A stretch of DNA of 64,000 nt from an uncultured Clostridia bacterium. GTDB lineage: Bacteria > Bacillota > Clostridia > Christensenellales > UBA3700. Made by a program: the position numbers and the translations under genes. Each line of letters begins with the position of its first letter. Positions within the stretch are counted from its first letter, which is position 1. Shown here piece after piece: positions 50,031 to 58,175 of the stretch. The stretch is from contig CAMFVQ010000012.1 of the NCBI GenBank assembly GCA_945992255.1, positions 10,071-74,070 on the forward strand, written 5' to 3'. The notes beneath the pieces are model-generated. The model worked only from the letters and a program-made list of their open reading frames with translations, ran no database searches and was not told where the DNA came from.

Positions 50031-50780
50031 ATGGACTTGTTGCAAGTAGAAAACATTTCATTTGCATACCCTGATATGCCGGACAATCTCGTATTGTCCG
50101 ACATAAGTTTTTCGCTATCAAAAGGCGAGATTGTGGCACTTGTGGGCAGCAGTGGTGTGGGCAAAACGACCCTACTCAATTTGCTCTCAGGCTTTCAAAA
50201 GCCCAACACAGGTCGCATATTTTTGAAAGGCGTAGAGGAAGAAAAGCTCCTCGGAAAAATAAGCTATATGCTCCAGTCCGATATGCTTCTTCCTAACTTA
50301 AAAGTCATTGACAATGTGGCTCTTCCCTACCTACTCAAAAAAATGCCTCGCAAAAAAGCACGAGAAAAAGTCTTGCCATACTTTGAAGAATTCAATCTTC
50401 AAGGCTATGAAAACTACTTCCCAAACAGCCTATCAGGCGGTATGCGCCAAAGATGCGCACTCATGCGTACATTCTTCCAAGACAATGAAGTTTTGCTACT
50501 TGATGAACCATTTAGTGCCTTAGACGAGCTTACTCGTAGCCAAATCAACGAGTGGTTCTTGTCTATATCTCGCAAGTTTGAGCTTAGCTCAGTCATCATC
50601 ACCCACAGCCTTGACGAAGCACTTTTGCTCGCCGACAAGGTGTATGTGCTAAAAGGCAAACCAGCTTCAATCGCCCTGTCGCTGACTATCGACAGAGGTG
50701 ACTTGTCCAATCGTGACTTTACCCTTGACCCAAAGTTTTTGGAGTACAAGCGAAAGATCAAGGACACTCTCAACAGCTGA
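50031..50780 (+). CDS. thiZ: ABC transporter ATP-binding protein (ThiZ-like)
   Basis: Walker A is GSSGVGKTT, the signature is LSGGMRQR, and Walker B is LLLDEP. ATG at 50031 is preferred over the TTG at 50022. Confidence 0.8.
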   Translation: MDLLQVENISFAYPDMPDNLVLSDISFSLSKGEIVALVGSSGVGKTTLLNLLSGFQKPNTGRIFLKGVEEEKLLGKISYMLQSDMLLPNLKVIDNVALPYLLKKMPRKKAREKVLPYFEEFNLQGYENYFPNSLSGGMRQRCALMRTFFQDNEVLLLDEPFSALDELTRSQINEWFLSISRKFELSSVIITHSLDEALLLADKVYVLKGKPASIALSLTIDRGDLSNRDFTLDPKFLEYKRKIKDTLNS

Positions 50781-50827
50781 TTCAGCTCAGCCCAACTTAC
50801 GACATTCGCTATACAACTCACTATTGC

Positions 50828-50863
50828 AAGAGCCACCCACACATCGTGGGTGGCTCTTGTTTT
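50828..50863 (+). terminator. Terminator of the thi operon
   Basis: AAGAGCCACCCA-N7-TGGGTGGCTCTT followed by GTTTT. Confidence 0.8.
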
Positions 50864-50872
50864 CACCCCACC

Positions 50873-50902
50873 AAAAAAGCACCTATCATCTAGGTGCTTT
50901 TT
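50873..50902. terminator. Bidirectional terminator (serves birA on the minus strand)
   Basis: A6-AGCACCTA-TCATC-TAGGTGCT-T5. Confidence 0.75.
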
Positions 50903-50933
50903 GCATTTTTGTCGATATGTATTCAGTTTTCGA
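50902..50933 (+). repeat. Recurrent palindromic element, copy g (degenerate right arm)
   Basis: TGCATTTTTGTCGATATGTATTCAGTTTTCGA. The birA stop codon (50923..50925) lies inside it. Confidence 0.65.
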
Positions 50934-51912
50934 GCCTTATTGATATGTTGCCAAAGCTAATTGTCTTTTCTTTGCCAAGCCAATCAGTGACTACCAAACG
51001 GCATCTGTCGTCCACATCTATGCAGGTCACGCTCTCTTTTTTTACGCCGTCGATGAGTGTAAGTTTTTTGCCGATTACCAAGCTTCTTTTGCGATATTTT
51101 TCTTTGGAAATCAAGAATAGTTGTTGGGTATATGCACTCCAAAATTTTTGCAAGAACACCGCCGCAAGCTTATTTTTCATATCTTCTTGTTGGTCATCGC
51201 ATACCCAGCCTGCCACACCTGACAACTCGGCAGGGAAGCCGCCAATCGGCTTGTAGACATTGAGGCCCACTCCCAACACGATATTGTTGGTGAGTCCGCT
51301 CTCTATATCCAGCGTGCCTTGGGTCAAAATTCCGCACACTTTTTTGCCCTCTACGAATATATCATTGAACCACTTTATTTTAGCTGATTTGCCTGTCAAT
51401 TCTTCGATTGTTTCGCACATTGCCACCGCTGTCATAATGGTGACAATCCAAGGCTCTTTGGCAATCTCTCCACTTGGTTGGAGTAGCACGCTCATATAAA
51501 GTCCGCTTGCGTTTGGAGAATAGAACGACCTTCCGCATCTGCCCTTGCCGTCTGTTTGTTCATCTGCAAGCACGACAAAGCCTTGACTTTTGCCCCTCAA
51601 CGCCTGTTCTTGAACATAGGCATTGGTAGACTCTATGGTATGCACGACATTGATATCGAATTGGTTGGCACTGAGATACTTGCGGATACCGCTTTCGGTC
51701 AGCACATCGCTAGATTGCTCCAAACAATATCCTCTGTTGTTGGCGGCACTGATATTATAGCCCTCACTTCTCAGCAAGCTTATATTTTTCCAAATCATAC
51801 TGCGAGATATGCCCAACTCGTTGGCAAGTTCTTCGCCAGAAAAATATCTTCCCCTGTTGTTCTCCAACAAGTTCAACAATGTATCTTTGCTGTTTAGTTT
51901 TTGCTTTTGCAT
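50923..51912 (-). CDS. birA: Bifunctional biotin-[acetyl-CoA-carboxylase] ligase / biotin operon repressor
   Basis: N-terminal wHTH (FSGEELANELGISRSMIWKNISLLRSEGY) and the GKGRCGRSFYSP biotin-binding loop. Confidence 0.9.
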   Translation of the reverse strand: MQKQKLNSKDTLLNLLENNRGRYFSGEELANELGISRSMIWKNISLLRSEGYNISAANNRGYCLEQSSDVLTESGIRKYLSANQFDINVVHTIESTNAYVQEQALRGKSQGFVVLADEQTDGKGRCGRSFYSPNASGLYMSVLLQPSGEIAKEPWIVTIMTAVAMCETIEELTGKSAKIKWFNDIFVEGKKVCGILTQGTLDIESGLTNNIVLGVGLNVYKPIGGFPAELSGVAGWVCDDQQEDMKNKLAAVFLQKFWSAYTQQLFLISKEKYRKRSLVIGKKLTLIDGVKKESVTCIDVDDRCRLVVTDWLGKEKTISFGNISIRLEN

Positions 51913-52271
51913 AGCTCATTCCACCTACAATTTCCGCATATTGATTGTCTTTTGCCCTCAGACAAAATCTCTTCATCTACCATTGTATATGCTTTTTGGA
52001 AACTTGTACAGCCTATTTTCAAATTTTTACAAATATCAAGCACTTTTTTGTCATATTCCACGACATCATCGCTTGTGCATTTGCCACCCACATTGTTGGG
52101 ACAATGACTGCAAATATCATCACAATTATCCACCAGTTCGATGTTATCTTGGCTCTCTAGCAGCTGCTTTATCTTCGCCATATTCTTACAAAAGTCATCA
52201 CTATAACCTTTGTTGCGAAAATATCTAAGACACATCAAGTGATGCACTCTTATCTTGATTTTCTCATTCAT
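51894..52271 (-). CDS. DUF1284-like cysteine-rich protein
   Basis: It has IRVHHLMCLRYF...CSHCPNN...CGNCRWNELC. It overlaps the birA start by 19 nt. Confidence 0.6.
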   Translation of the reverse strand: MNEKIKIRVHHLMCLRYFRNKGYSDDFCKNMAKIKQLLESQDNIELVDNCDDICSHCPNNVGGKCTSDDVVEYDKKVLDICKNLKIGCTSFQKAYTMVDEEILSEGKRQSICGNCRWNELCKSKN

Positions 52272-52489
52272 TTTCTTTATTTTGCCTTATTTTGATATTT
52301 TTGCTTAGTTTTTATTTGTTACCTGCTCAATATCTTACAACTTACCTACTTGCGTTGACATTTTGAGTTTTCCAAATACTCTCTTTCCAACATCTACTTT
52401 TGCTCGCTGTTATTCTCTACCACGCTATCGTTGGTATCTTTGATAGATGCGTTGTTTCCTACTACATTTTCATTGGCGCTTTCTACACT

Positions 52490-53296
52490 TTATGCGTTGT
52501 TTTCGCTATCTTTTGATATTGCATTTTCTACAACAAAATCATTTACTTCTTGAACAAGTGCGTTGCTCTCTACTACGTTTTCGTTGGTGCTTTCTACTGC
52601 CACATTTGCATTGTCACTGACTACTTGTGCTTCTTCAACTGAGCTGTCCACCACGATATTTTCGGTTGCCATATCCTCATTTTCTACGCTATTTTGGCTC
52701 TTTTTTGCCTTGATTCTGGCGATGAGGCTTCCACCTTTGACAGGTTCTAAGTGCATATATTTGCTTACTCTCATATCGATGATGACCGCAAGTGCCATTT
52801 TGGCAAGGTCAATGCCGATGAATGGTATTACACACCACTTCAAAGCATCTTTGACACTGACAGCTCCCTTAGTTTGGGTGTACACTTTGATGAACCACAT
52901 TGTGCCGAATGCGTAGCAAATCGCAAGTCCTAGCACCATTGCGATGACTTTTATCCACCACTTTGTGCCGAAAAGTTTCTCGAATAGCCACATTGTAAGT
53001 CCGATAAATACAAAGCCAACGATGTATCCGCCTGTGCTACCTGCCAAAATGCCAATACCGCCCGAAAAGCCTGCAAATACTGGCACACCTACCATTCCCA
53101 ACAAGATATAAACGATGATAGATACCAATCCTCTTCTGCCACCTAGCATTGAGCAAGCGGCAAACACTGCGAATGTCTGCAATGTAAATGGCACAGGTCC
53201 TGGGATAGAAATCCAAGAACATACTGCCATGATTGCAGAAAACATAACGATATATGCCAATTCTTTTGTTCTTCTTACTGCATTTGTGTTTTGCAT
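52490..53296 (-). CDS. bioY: Biotin transporter BioY with a roughly 85-aa acidic repetitive C-terminal tail
   Basis: BioY core: PVPFTLQTFAVFAACSMLGGRRGLVSIIVYILLGMVGVPVFAG...GYIVGF. Tail: NSVENEDMATENIVVDSSVEEAQVVSDNANVAVESTNENVVESNA... Confidence 0.88.
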   Translation of the reverse strand: MQNTNAVRRTKELAYIVMFSAIMAVCSWISIPGPVPFTLQTFAVFAACSMLGGRRGLVSIIVYILLGMVGVPVFAGFSGGIGILAGSTGGYIVGFVFIGLTMWLFEKLFGTKWWIKVIAMVLGLAICYAFGTMWFIKVYTQTKGAVSVKDALKWCVIPFIGIDLAKMALAVIIDMRVSKYMHLEPVKGGSLIARIKAKKSQNSVENEDMATENIVVDSSVEEAQVVSDNANVAVESTNENVVESNALVQEVNDFVVENAISKDSENNA

Positions 53297-53446
53297 ATTT
53301 TCTCCATTGCCAAATTGATTTTGCCAATCTATTTAGCTTTTTATGTTGTTTTGGCTTAGTTTTTTAGCTGTTTTTAGCTTGATTTTTTTGCAATTTTCCC
53401 GTTTCACGATTTTCAAAAAAAGTGTTATCTTTTATTTTCGTTGCCA

Positions 53447-53500
53447 ATATAACACATCAAAAAAGCAAATGTCAACCAAAAAGTAAAATTTTGGTTGACA
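53447..53500 (-). promoter_or_regulatory. bioY promoter overlapped by BirA operator 1
   Basis: The operator is TGTCAACC-N15-GGTTGACA (53470..53500). On the minus strand its half-site supplies the TTGACA -35 (53475..53470), followed by 17 nt and TTATAT (53452..53447). Confidence 0.8.
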
Positions 53501-53603
53501 TTTCAAAAAATTGCTTTCTTTGGCGATATTTGGAGTGGGTTGGCGATGATTGCTGAGTTTGGAGTGACTTGCAATCATAAGCTTTGGCGGTACAATTCGA
53601 GAA

Positions 53604-53634
53604 TGTCAACCGAAAAACAAAATTTTGGTTGACA
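53604..53634. promoter_or_regulatory. BirA operator 2 (duplicate; no convincing promoter)
   Basis: TGTCAACC-N15-GGTTGACA, with half-sites and spacing identical to operator 1, 134 bp further upstream. Confidence 0.7.
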
Positions 53635-53744
53635 TTCCACAATTTGCAAGATTTTACCCCCTATTCCCCATTATTTCGCCTTTGCGTGCTTCATACAAAT
53701 TGTGCCTTGAAAGTAGCTTAATTGATGAGATATGCTACTCTTCA

Positions 53745-53960
53745 GCGGTCCGTGTTGTATGAAGTGGGTTCTGTGACTTGTGTATAGTTCACTAGTGGTG
53801 AGTGTGGTGTTGTGGTTTGTGTGGTGGTTATTTGGTGTGTTAGCGTTAGGGGTTGTGGGTGGTGTAAATGGTTATAAGTGGTGTGTGCGATGTTTGGGGG
53901 TGCGAATGGTTGCAAGAGTTGCTTAGCAGTAGTTGTGTCGCAAGTTTGTTTTGGTGGAAT
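53745..53960. other. G+T-skewed low-complexity tract
   Basis: In 53821..53880, 50 of 60 bases on the + strand are G or T and only one is C. GTGGTG/GGTGT-type words recur without a fixed period. Confidence 0.6.
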
Positions 53961-54045
53961 ATTGACTTTTGCAGCAAAAAATGCACTTCCTATTGATTTT
54001 TGGGGAGTATAATGTATAATAAATACATAAGGATATAGGTGATTT

Positions 54046-54792
54046 ATGATTGATATTGACAGAATTTTGAACAAGTTGGATATGTATTTTGCTCGCAACG
54101 ATTACAAGGGGGCTGGTGTTCATTTGGAGTTTTGGCTTGATGAAGCCAGGCACGAGGGCGACAAGAGGGCGGAACTTTTTCTGCTCAATGAGTTGATTGG
54201 ATTGACTCGCAAAACAGCACAAAAAGAAAAATGCCTGCAGATATGTGATGATGTCCAAAAGTTGATTGACAACATGGAGCTTCAATCCAACATAGGAGGA
54301 GCTACGACATACCTCAATATCGGCACGGCGCACAAGGCTTTTGGGCTGGCTGAGCTAAGTCTCCAATACTTCCAAAAAGCTCAAAAAATCTACGAAACAC
54401 AACTAAGTAGCACTGACAAAAGACTGGCAGGACTCTACAACAACATGGCTCTCACGCTGGTGGACTTGGGCGAGTTCGAGCAAGCACTGCTCTACTATGA
54501 CAAAGCTATCTGCATTGCCAAAGTCCACGATATGGGCGAGCTTGATGTAGCAGTCACTCAACTCAATATTGCAAGTTGTATAGAAAGCCAAATGGGACTG
54601 ACCACTGCCCAACCTCAAATAGATGAGCTGTGCGAAAGTGCCTTCGAGTTGCTCGAAAAACACAAGGACAGCCGAGATGGCAATTATGCTTTCGTGTGTG
54701 AAAAATGTGGACCTGTATTGGGTTATTACGGATTTTTCTTGTACGAAAACATATTGAAAAAGCGAGCACAAGACATTTACAAAAGCAACTGA
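54046..54792 (+). CDS. Tetratricopeptide-repeat protein
   Basis: TPR-like helices (YLNIGTAHKAFGLAELSLQYFQKAQKIYE, LYNNMALTLVDLGEFEQALLYYDKAICI), with RBS AGGTGA. Confidence 0.7.
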   Translation: MIDIDRILNKLDMYFARNDYKGAGVHLEFWLDEARHEGDKRAELFLLNELIGLTRKTAQKEKCLQICDDVQKLIDNMELQSNIGGATTYLNIGTAHKAFGLAELSLQYFQKAQKIYETQLSSTDKRLAGLYNNMALTLVDLGEFEQALLYYDKAICIAKVHDMGELDVAVTQLNIASCIESQMGLTTAQPQIDELCESAFELLEKHKDSRDGNYAFVCEKCGPVLGYYGFFLYENILKKRAQDIYKSN

Positions 54793-54835
54793 ATACCCTG
54801 CCGCACATTGTCAATCGGCGAAAAATAACTAAGAT

Positions 54836-55032
54836 AATACTAACTACTCCGCTAGGCAAAAGATAAGTTTTAAGCAAAAAACGTTGCTTGCTAGTAAACT
54901 TTGCAAATGCTAGTGGAAAACAAAAAGCAATACTAATTGCTCCACTAGACAAAATATAAGTTTGAGAGCGAAAAATGTTGCTTGATAATAAACTTTACAA
55001 AAGCTAGTGGAAAATAAAAAACAATACTAACA
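54836..55032 (+). repeat. Tandem direct repeat: 93-nt and 94-nt units plus a 10-nt partial third copy
   Basis: Unit 1 is 54836..54928 and unit 2 is 54929..55022, both starting AATACTAA. Each unit can form three nested stems (TCCRCTAG/CTAGTGGA, AAGTTT/AAACTT, AGCR/TGCT). Confidence 0.75.
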
Positions 55033-55056
55033 CGAGGAATAATTGATAGGTGAAAA

Positions 55057-55995
55057 ATGAAAGGATTGGAACTGAGTAAAGCATATTTTGTCCAATGTGG
55101 CAAGCCAATGCTGCAAGAAAAATTTGGGGATATATACCACTATTTGGCGTTCGGCTTGGTGGGAAGTGGCTCAGAATGTTACGGCTATGATGACAAGCTG
55201 TCTATCGACCACGACTTCGAGCCAAGCTTTTGCATTTTTGTACCTAACTATCCTGAGTTGACCGACAAAAGGCTGTTCGAGTTGGAGCGAGCATACAAAG
55301 CCCTCCAAAGCGAGTTTTTGGGCTTCAAAAAATCCCCACTTGCACCTGTGGGTAGCAAGCGACACGGCGTGATAAGCATTGCTGATTTTTACAACTCCAA
55401 GGTGGGCAAAGTGGGCAAGTTGGACACGCAAGACTGGTTTTTGGTGCCTGAGTTTTCCTTGTTGGAAGCTACCAACGGCGAGGTTTTCGAGGACAATTTG
55501 GGCGAGTTTACCGCCATGCGAGAGAGCCTGAGATATTATCCTGAGGACGTGCGACTCAAAAAACTTGCCGGCAATCTTTTACTGATGGGGCAAGCTGGAC
55601 AATACAACTACTACCGCTGTGTTGCTAGGGGCGAAAATGGTGGCGGACAACTGGCTTTGGTGGAGTTTGTAAAGGCTTGTATGCAAACGATTTTCTTGCT
55701 AAATCGCCAATATATGCCATATTATAAGTGGTCTTTCAAAGCATTGAGAGAGCTATCGAAATTGTCTGAGCTGAGCTGTGTGCTAGAATATCTTATATCC
55801 TCACCCAACGACAGCGAGCACTTTTTGAAAAAGCAAGAATGTGTGGAAAATATCGCCAAACAAATAATCAATGAGTTGAAAGCCCAATGTCTAACTCAAA
55901 ACTTGACCAATGAGCTAGAACAGCACGCTTACAGTGTCAACAACCATATCAAAGACGCTCTGCTGCGCAACGAAAACATTTTCTATGGGGTATAA
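55057..55995 (+). CDS. DUF4037-like nucleotidyltransferase-fold protein
   Basis: The N-terminal pattern is FGLVGSGSECYGYDDKLSIDHDFEPSFCIFVP. Confidence 0.65.
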   Translation: MKGLELSKAYFVQCGKPMLQEKFGDIYHYLAFGLVGSGSECYGYDDKLSIDHDFEPSFCIFVPNYPELTDKRLFELERAYKALQSEFLGFKKSPLAPVGSKRHGVISIADFYNSKVGKVGKLDTQDWFLVPEFSLLEATNGEVFEDNLGEFTAMRESLRYYPEDVRLKKLAGNLLLMGQAGQYNYYRCVARGENGGGQLALVEFVKACMQTIFLLNRQYMPYYKWSFKALRELSKLSELSCVLEYLISSPNDSEHFLKKQECVENIAKQIINELKAQCLTQNLTNELEQHAYSVNNHIKDALLRNENIFYGV

Positions 55996-56074
55996 TCATC
56001 TATGTAGTCCAACGCTTTGGCATACAAAATGCCGCCAACTACTTTCACAACACTTTGCATTGTACTTTATTCAA

Positions 56075-56102
56075 CAAAAGCAACCTCGTGGGTTGCTTTT
56101 TG
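56075..56102. terminator. Bidirectional terminator between convergent genes
   Basis: AAGCAACC-TCGTG-GGTTGCTT, flanked by A and T runs. Confidence 0.7.
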
Positions 56103-56119
56103 ATATTTATCTCATTTTA

Positions 56120-56953
56120 CTAGATTTCAATCACATCTCCTGTCGAAAAATATGTGACATTTGCTTTGCATAGCGGTTTGAGAAGGCTGTATGCTTTGGT
56201 GCCTGTACAATGGCAAGTGTAGATATTTTCCACACCCAATTCATCTAGCTGTTTAGCTAGCTGAACAAGAAAACTCTCCGAACAATTTAGGCTGTCGAGC
56301 GACTTGCCTTTTAGGTGCATACCGCCCACGAAAGTGATTACCTTAGTTTGGGCAAAACGCCTCTTTGCATCGGCTATGATGTTGGCAATGCCGTTGTGCG
56401 AGCAAGATGATATGATTTTGCATACATCGCCCTCGATGACTGCGACATACACTTCGTGCGTAAAATCATCTGGATAAAGTTGTCCGCATATTTGCTTTTG
56501 GAGTCTTTTGTCCTTGCACATAAATTTGGGGTCGGGCTTGAACACCTTACATACATACACATTGTCAAAGATTTTCTCCATATCATGCACGAACACAAAT
56601 CGGTCATTGTATTTTTCTATCACTTCTTCTTGGCTAAGTTTTCGCAAAGTGTTGTCCGATTCTTTGGCAACAAGTCGCAACTTGCTGGCATCGGAAATAT
56701 AGACTGGCGAGTCAGTCACTTTCAAGAATTTTTCCAATCCGCCTATGTGGTCATAGTGATTGTGCGAGATAACTATTTTTTGAATGTCGCTAGGCAAAAA
56801 GTCAAGCTCTTGGAAGTTGGCATAAGTCGAATCATCACTGCCTGCATCTAACAAAAAACTTTTGCCACCGCTCTCCACCATAAGGCTAAGTCCGTGCTTG
56901 GGCAACAAGTTTTTGTAAGTCGATAAGTTTTCTATGATAGTAGTAATCTTCAT
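56120..56953 (-). CDS. MBL-fold metallo-hydrolase
   Basis: It has the ISHNHYDHIGG (HxHxDH) motif. Confidence 0.75.
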   Translation of the reverse strand: MKITTIIENLSTYKNLLPKHGLSLMVESGGKSFLLDAGSDDSTYANFQELDFLPSDIQKIVISHNHYDHIGGLEKFLKVTDSPVYISDASKLRLVAKESDNTLRKLSQEEVIEKYNDRFVFVHDMEKIFDNVYVCKVFKPDPKFMCKDKRLQKQICGQLYPDDFTHEVYVAVIEGDVCKIISSCSHNGIANIIADAKRRFAQTKVITFVGGMHLKGKSLDSLNCSESFLVQLAKQLDELGVENIYTCHCTGTKAYSLLKPLCKANVTYFSTGDVIEI

Positions 56954-57019
56954 AATTCACCCACCCTAAGTGATATATTCATTATACCACTTTGCCCAAA
57001 AAATTCAATCCCCACCTCG

Positions 57020-57046
57020 CAAAAAAAAAAGATAGCCTAAGCTATC
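57020..57046 (-). terminator. Terminator of the yerC-like gene
   Basis: The minus strand reads AGATAGC-TTAG-GCTATCT followed by T10. Confidence 0.75.
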
Positions 57047-57053
57047 TAGATTG

Positions 57054-57344
57054 TCAATCGTCTTGTTTGATACGGTCTAGCACCAGTTGATAACCGCCAG
57101 CGCCATAGGTCAAGCATTTGTTGACTCTGCTGATTGTCGCCGAACTCATACCTGTTGCACTGCTTACATCGTTGTAGTTGACGCCCTCCGAAAGCATTTG
57201 GGCTGCTTTTAATCTTTGCGCCATTTCCAAAATCTCTTTGATTGTGCAAGCATCTTCAAAAAATTTGTAGCACTCTTCCTTGTTTTGCAAAGACAAAATG
57301 CCTTCAAATAGTTTGTCTACATCTTGGGTATGCCAGTTGTTCAT
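57054..57344 (-). CDS. YerC/YecD-family TrpR-like protein
   Basis: LFEGILSLQNKEECYKFFEDACTIKEILEMAQRLKAAQMLSEGVNYNDVSSATGMSSATISRVNKCL is the family signature. Confidence 0.85.
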   Translation of the reverse strand: MNNWHTQDVDKLFEGILSLQNKEECYKFFEDACTIKEILEMAQRLKAAQMLSEGVNYNDVSSATGMSSATISRVNKCLTYGAGGYQLVLDRIKQDD

Positions 57345-57428
57345 AGTCGCTCCTTTATCACTTTAACTGACTAAATTATATTATACAAAATTCTTTTTGT
57401 CAATGCTTTGCCAATGTCAAAATGACAC

Positions 57429-57469
57429 AAAAAATCCTACCACAATGTCACAAACAATCGTTGGTAGGA
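57429..57469 (-). terminator. Possible terminator of the upstream operon (long loop)
   Basis: TCCTACCA (57435..57442) and TGGTAGGA (57462..57469) form the stem, with a 19-nt loop. On the minus strand it is followed by T6. Confidence 0.4.
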
Positions 57470-57481
57470 CAAAATTTCAAT

Positions 57482-58174
57482 TTACTCAATCATCTCCAAA
57501 ATCATTTGGATAGCCTTTGTCACAGACTTGAAGTTGTGTTGGGCGTGGCTTGGGTCGGCAAGGTTGATACCAAACGAGTTGGCGGTCATATCAAGCATAC
57601 AATAATCATTGACTCCATCACCCACAACGAACAAGTTGTCCGCACTCTCGCCCAATATGTCCAACACCTTTTGAACGCCTGCTCGCTTGTCTACACCTTT
57701 AGGTGAAAAGTCGTAACAATCACTTTGGCGATATGCGACAATTCCTTCAAGCAATGGCGGATTGTCAGCTACCAACTTGTCAAGTCTTGTAAAAGTCTTG
57801 CTATCTCGAGGGAATGGCGTTACGGCTACGCTGTTGGGCTGAAACCAAACATTTTTTCCAAGCTCTGCACTGATAAAATCGTGCAAAGCGGTAAGTCTAC
57901 GCTTGACATCTATGCTCAAATCTACTTGGATATGAGTGGTGGGTGGCAAGTCATAACCTATACAAACTTCCGCACCATTTTCGCCAATCATAATAGGTTG
58001 GACAAGCCCCAACTGGCGACAAAAACCGCACAAATAATAGACTGGCTTGCCTGAGCAAACCACAATGCGAGCCTTTCTCTGCAATTGGTGAAGCAAGACT
58101 TGAACAGAGTGAGGAGTGGGCTGTCCTACCTTGGCGAGTGTGCCGTCCAAATCAAAAACAACTATCTTTTGCAT
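57482..58174 (-). CDS. HAD-superfamily hydrolase (Cof/IIB-like)
   Basis: It has the catalytic motif VVFDLDGTL and a distal GDGVNDYCML motif. Confidence 0.75.
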   Translation of the reverse strand: MQKIVVFDLDGTLAKVGQPTPHSVQVLLHQLQRKARIVVCSGKPVYYLCGFCRQLGLVQPIMIGENGAEVCIGYDLPPTTHIQVDLSIDVKRRLTALHDFISAELGKNVWFQPNSVAVTPFPRDSKTFTRLDKLVADNPPLLEGIVAYRQSDCYDFSPKGVDKRAGVQKVLDILGESADNLFVVGDGVNDYCMLDMTANSFGINLADPSHAQHNFKSVTKAIQMILEMIE

Positions 58175-58175
58175 A

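Noticed and set aside
53742-54333. Minus-strand ORFs 53742..54098 and 53923..54333, and a Cys/Val-rich + strand peptide in the G+T tract.
   Set aside because: There are no RBS or ATG starts. The composition is dictated by the nucleotide skew, and the ORFs overlap the well-supported TPR gene start.
54836-55032. CRISPR-like array.
   Set aside because: There are only two and a fraction directly abutting 94-nt units with no unique spacers. There are no cas genes in the window.
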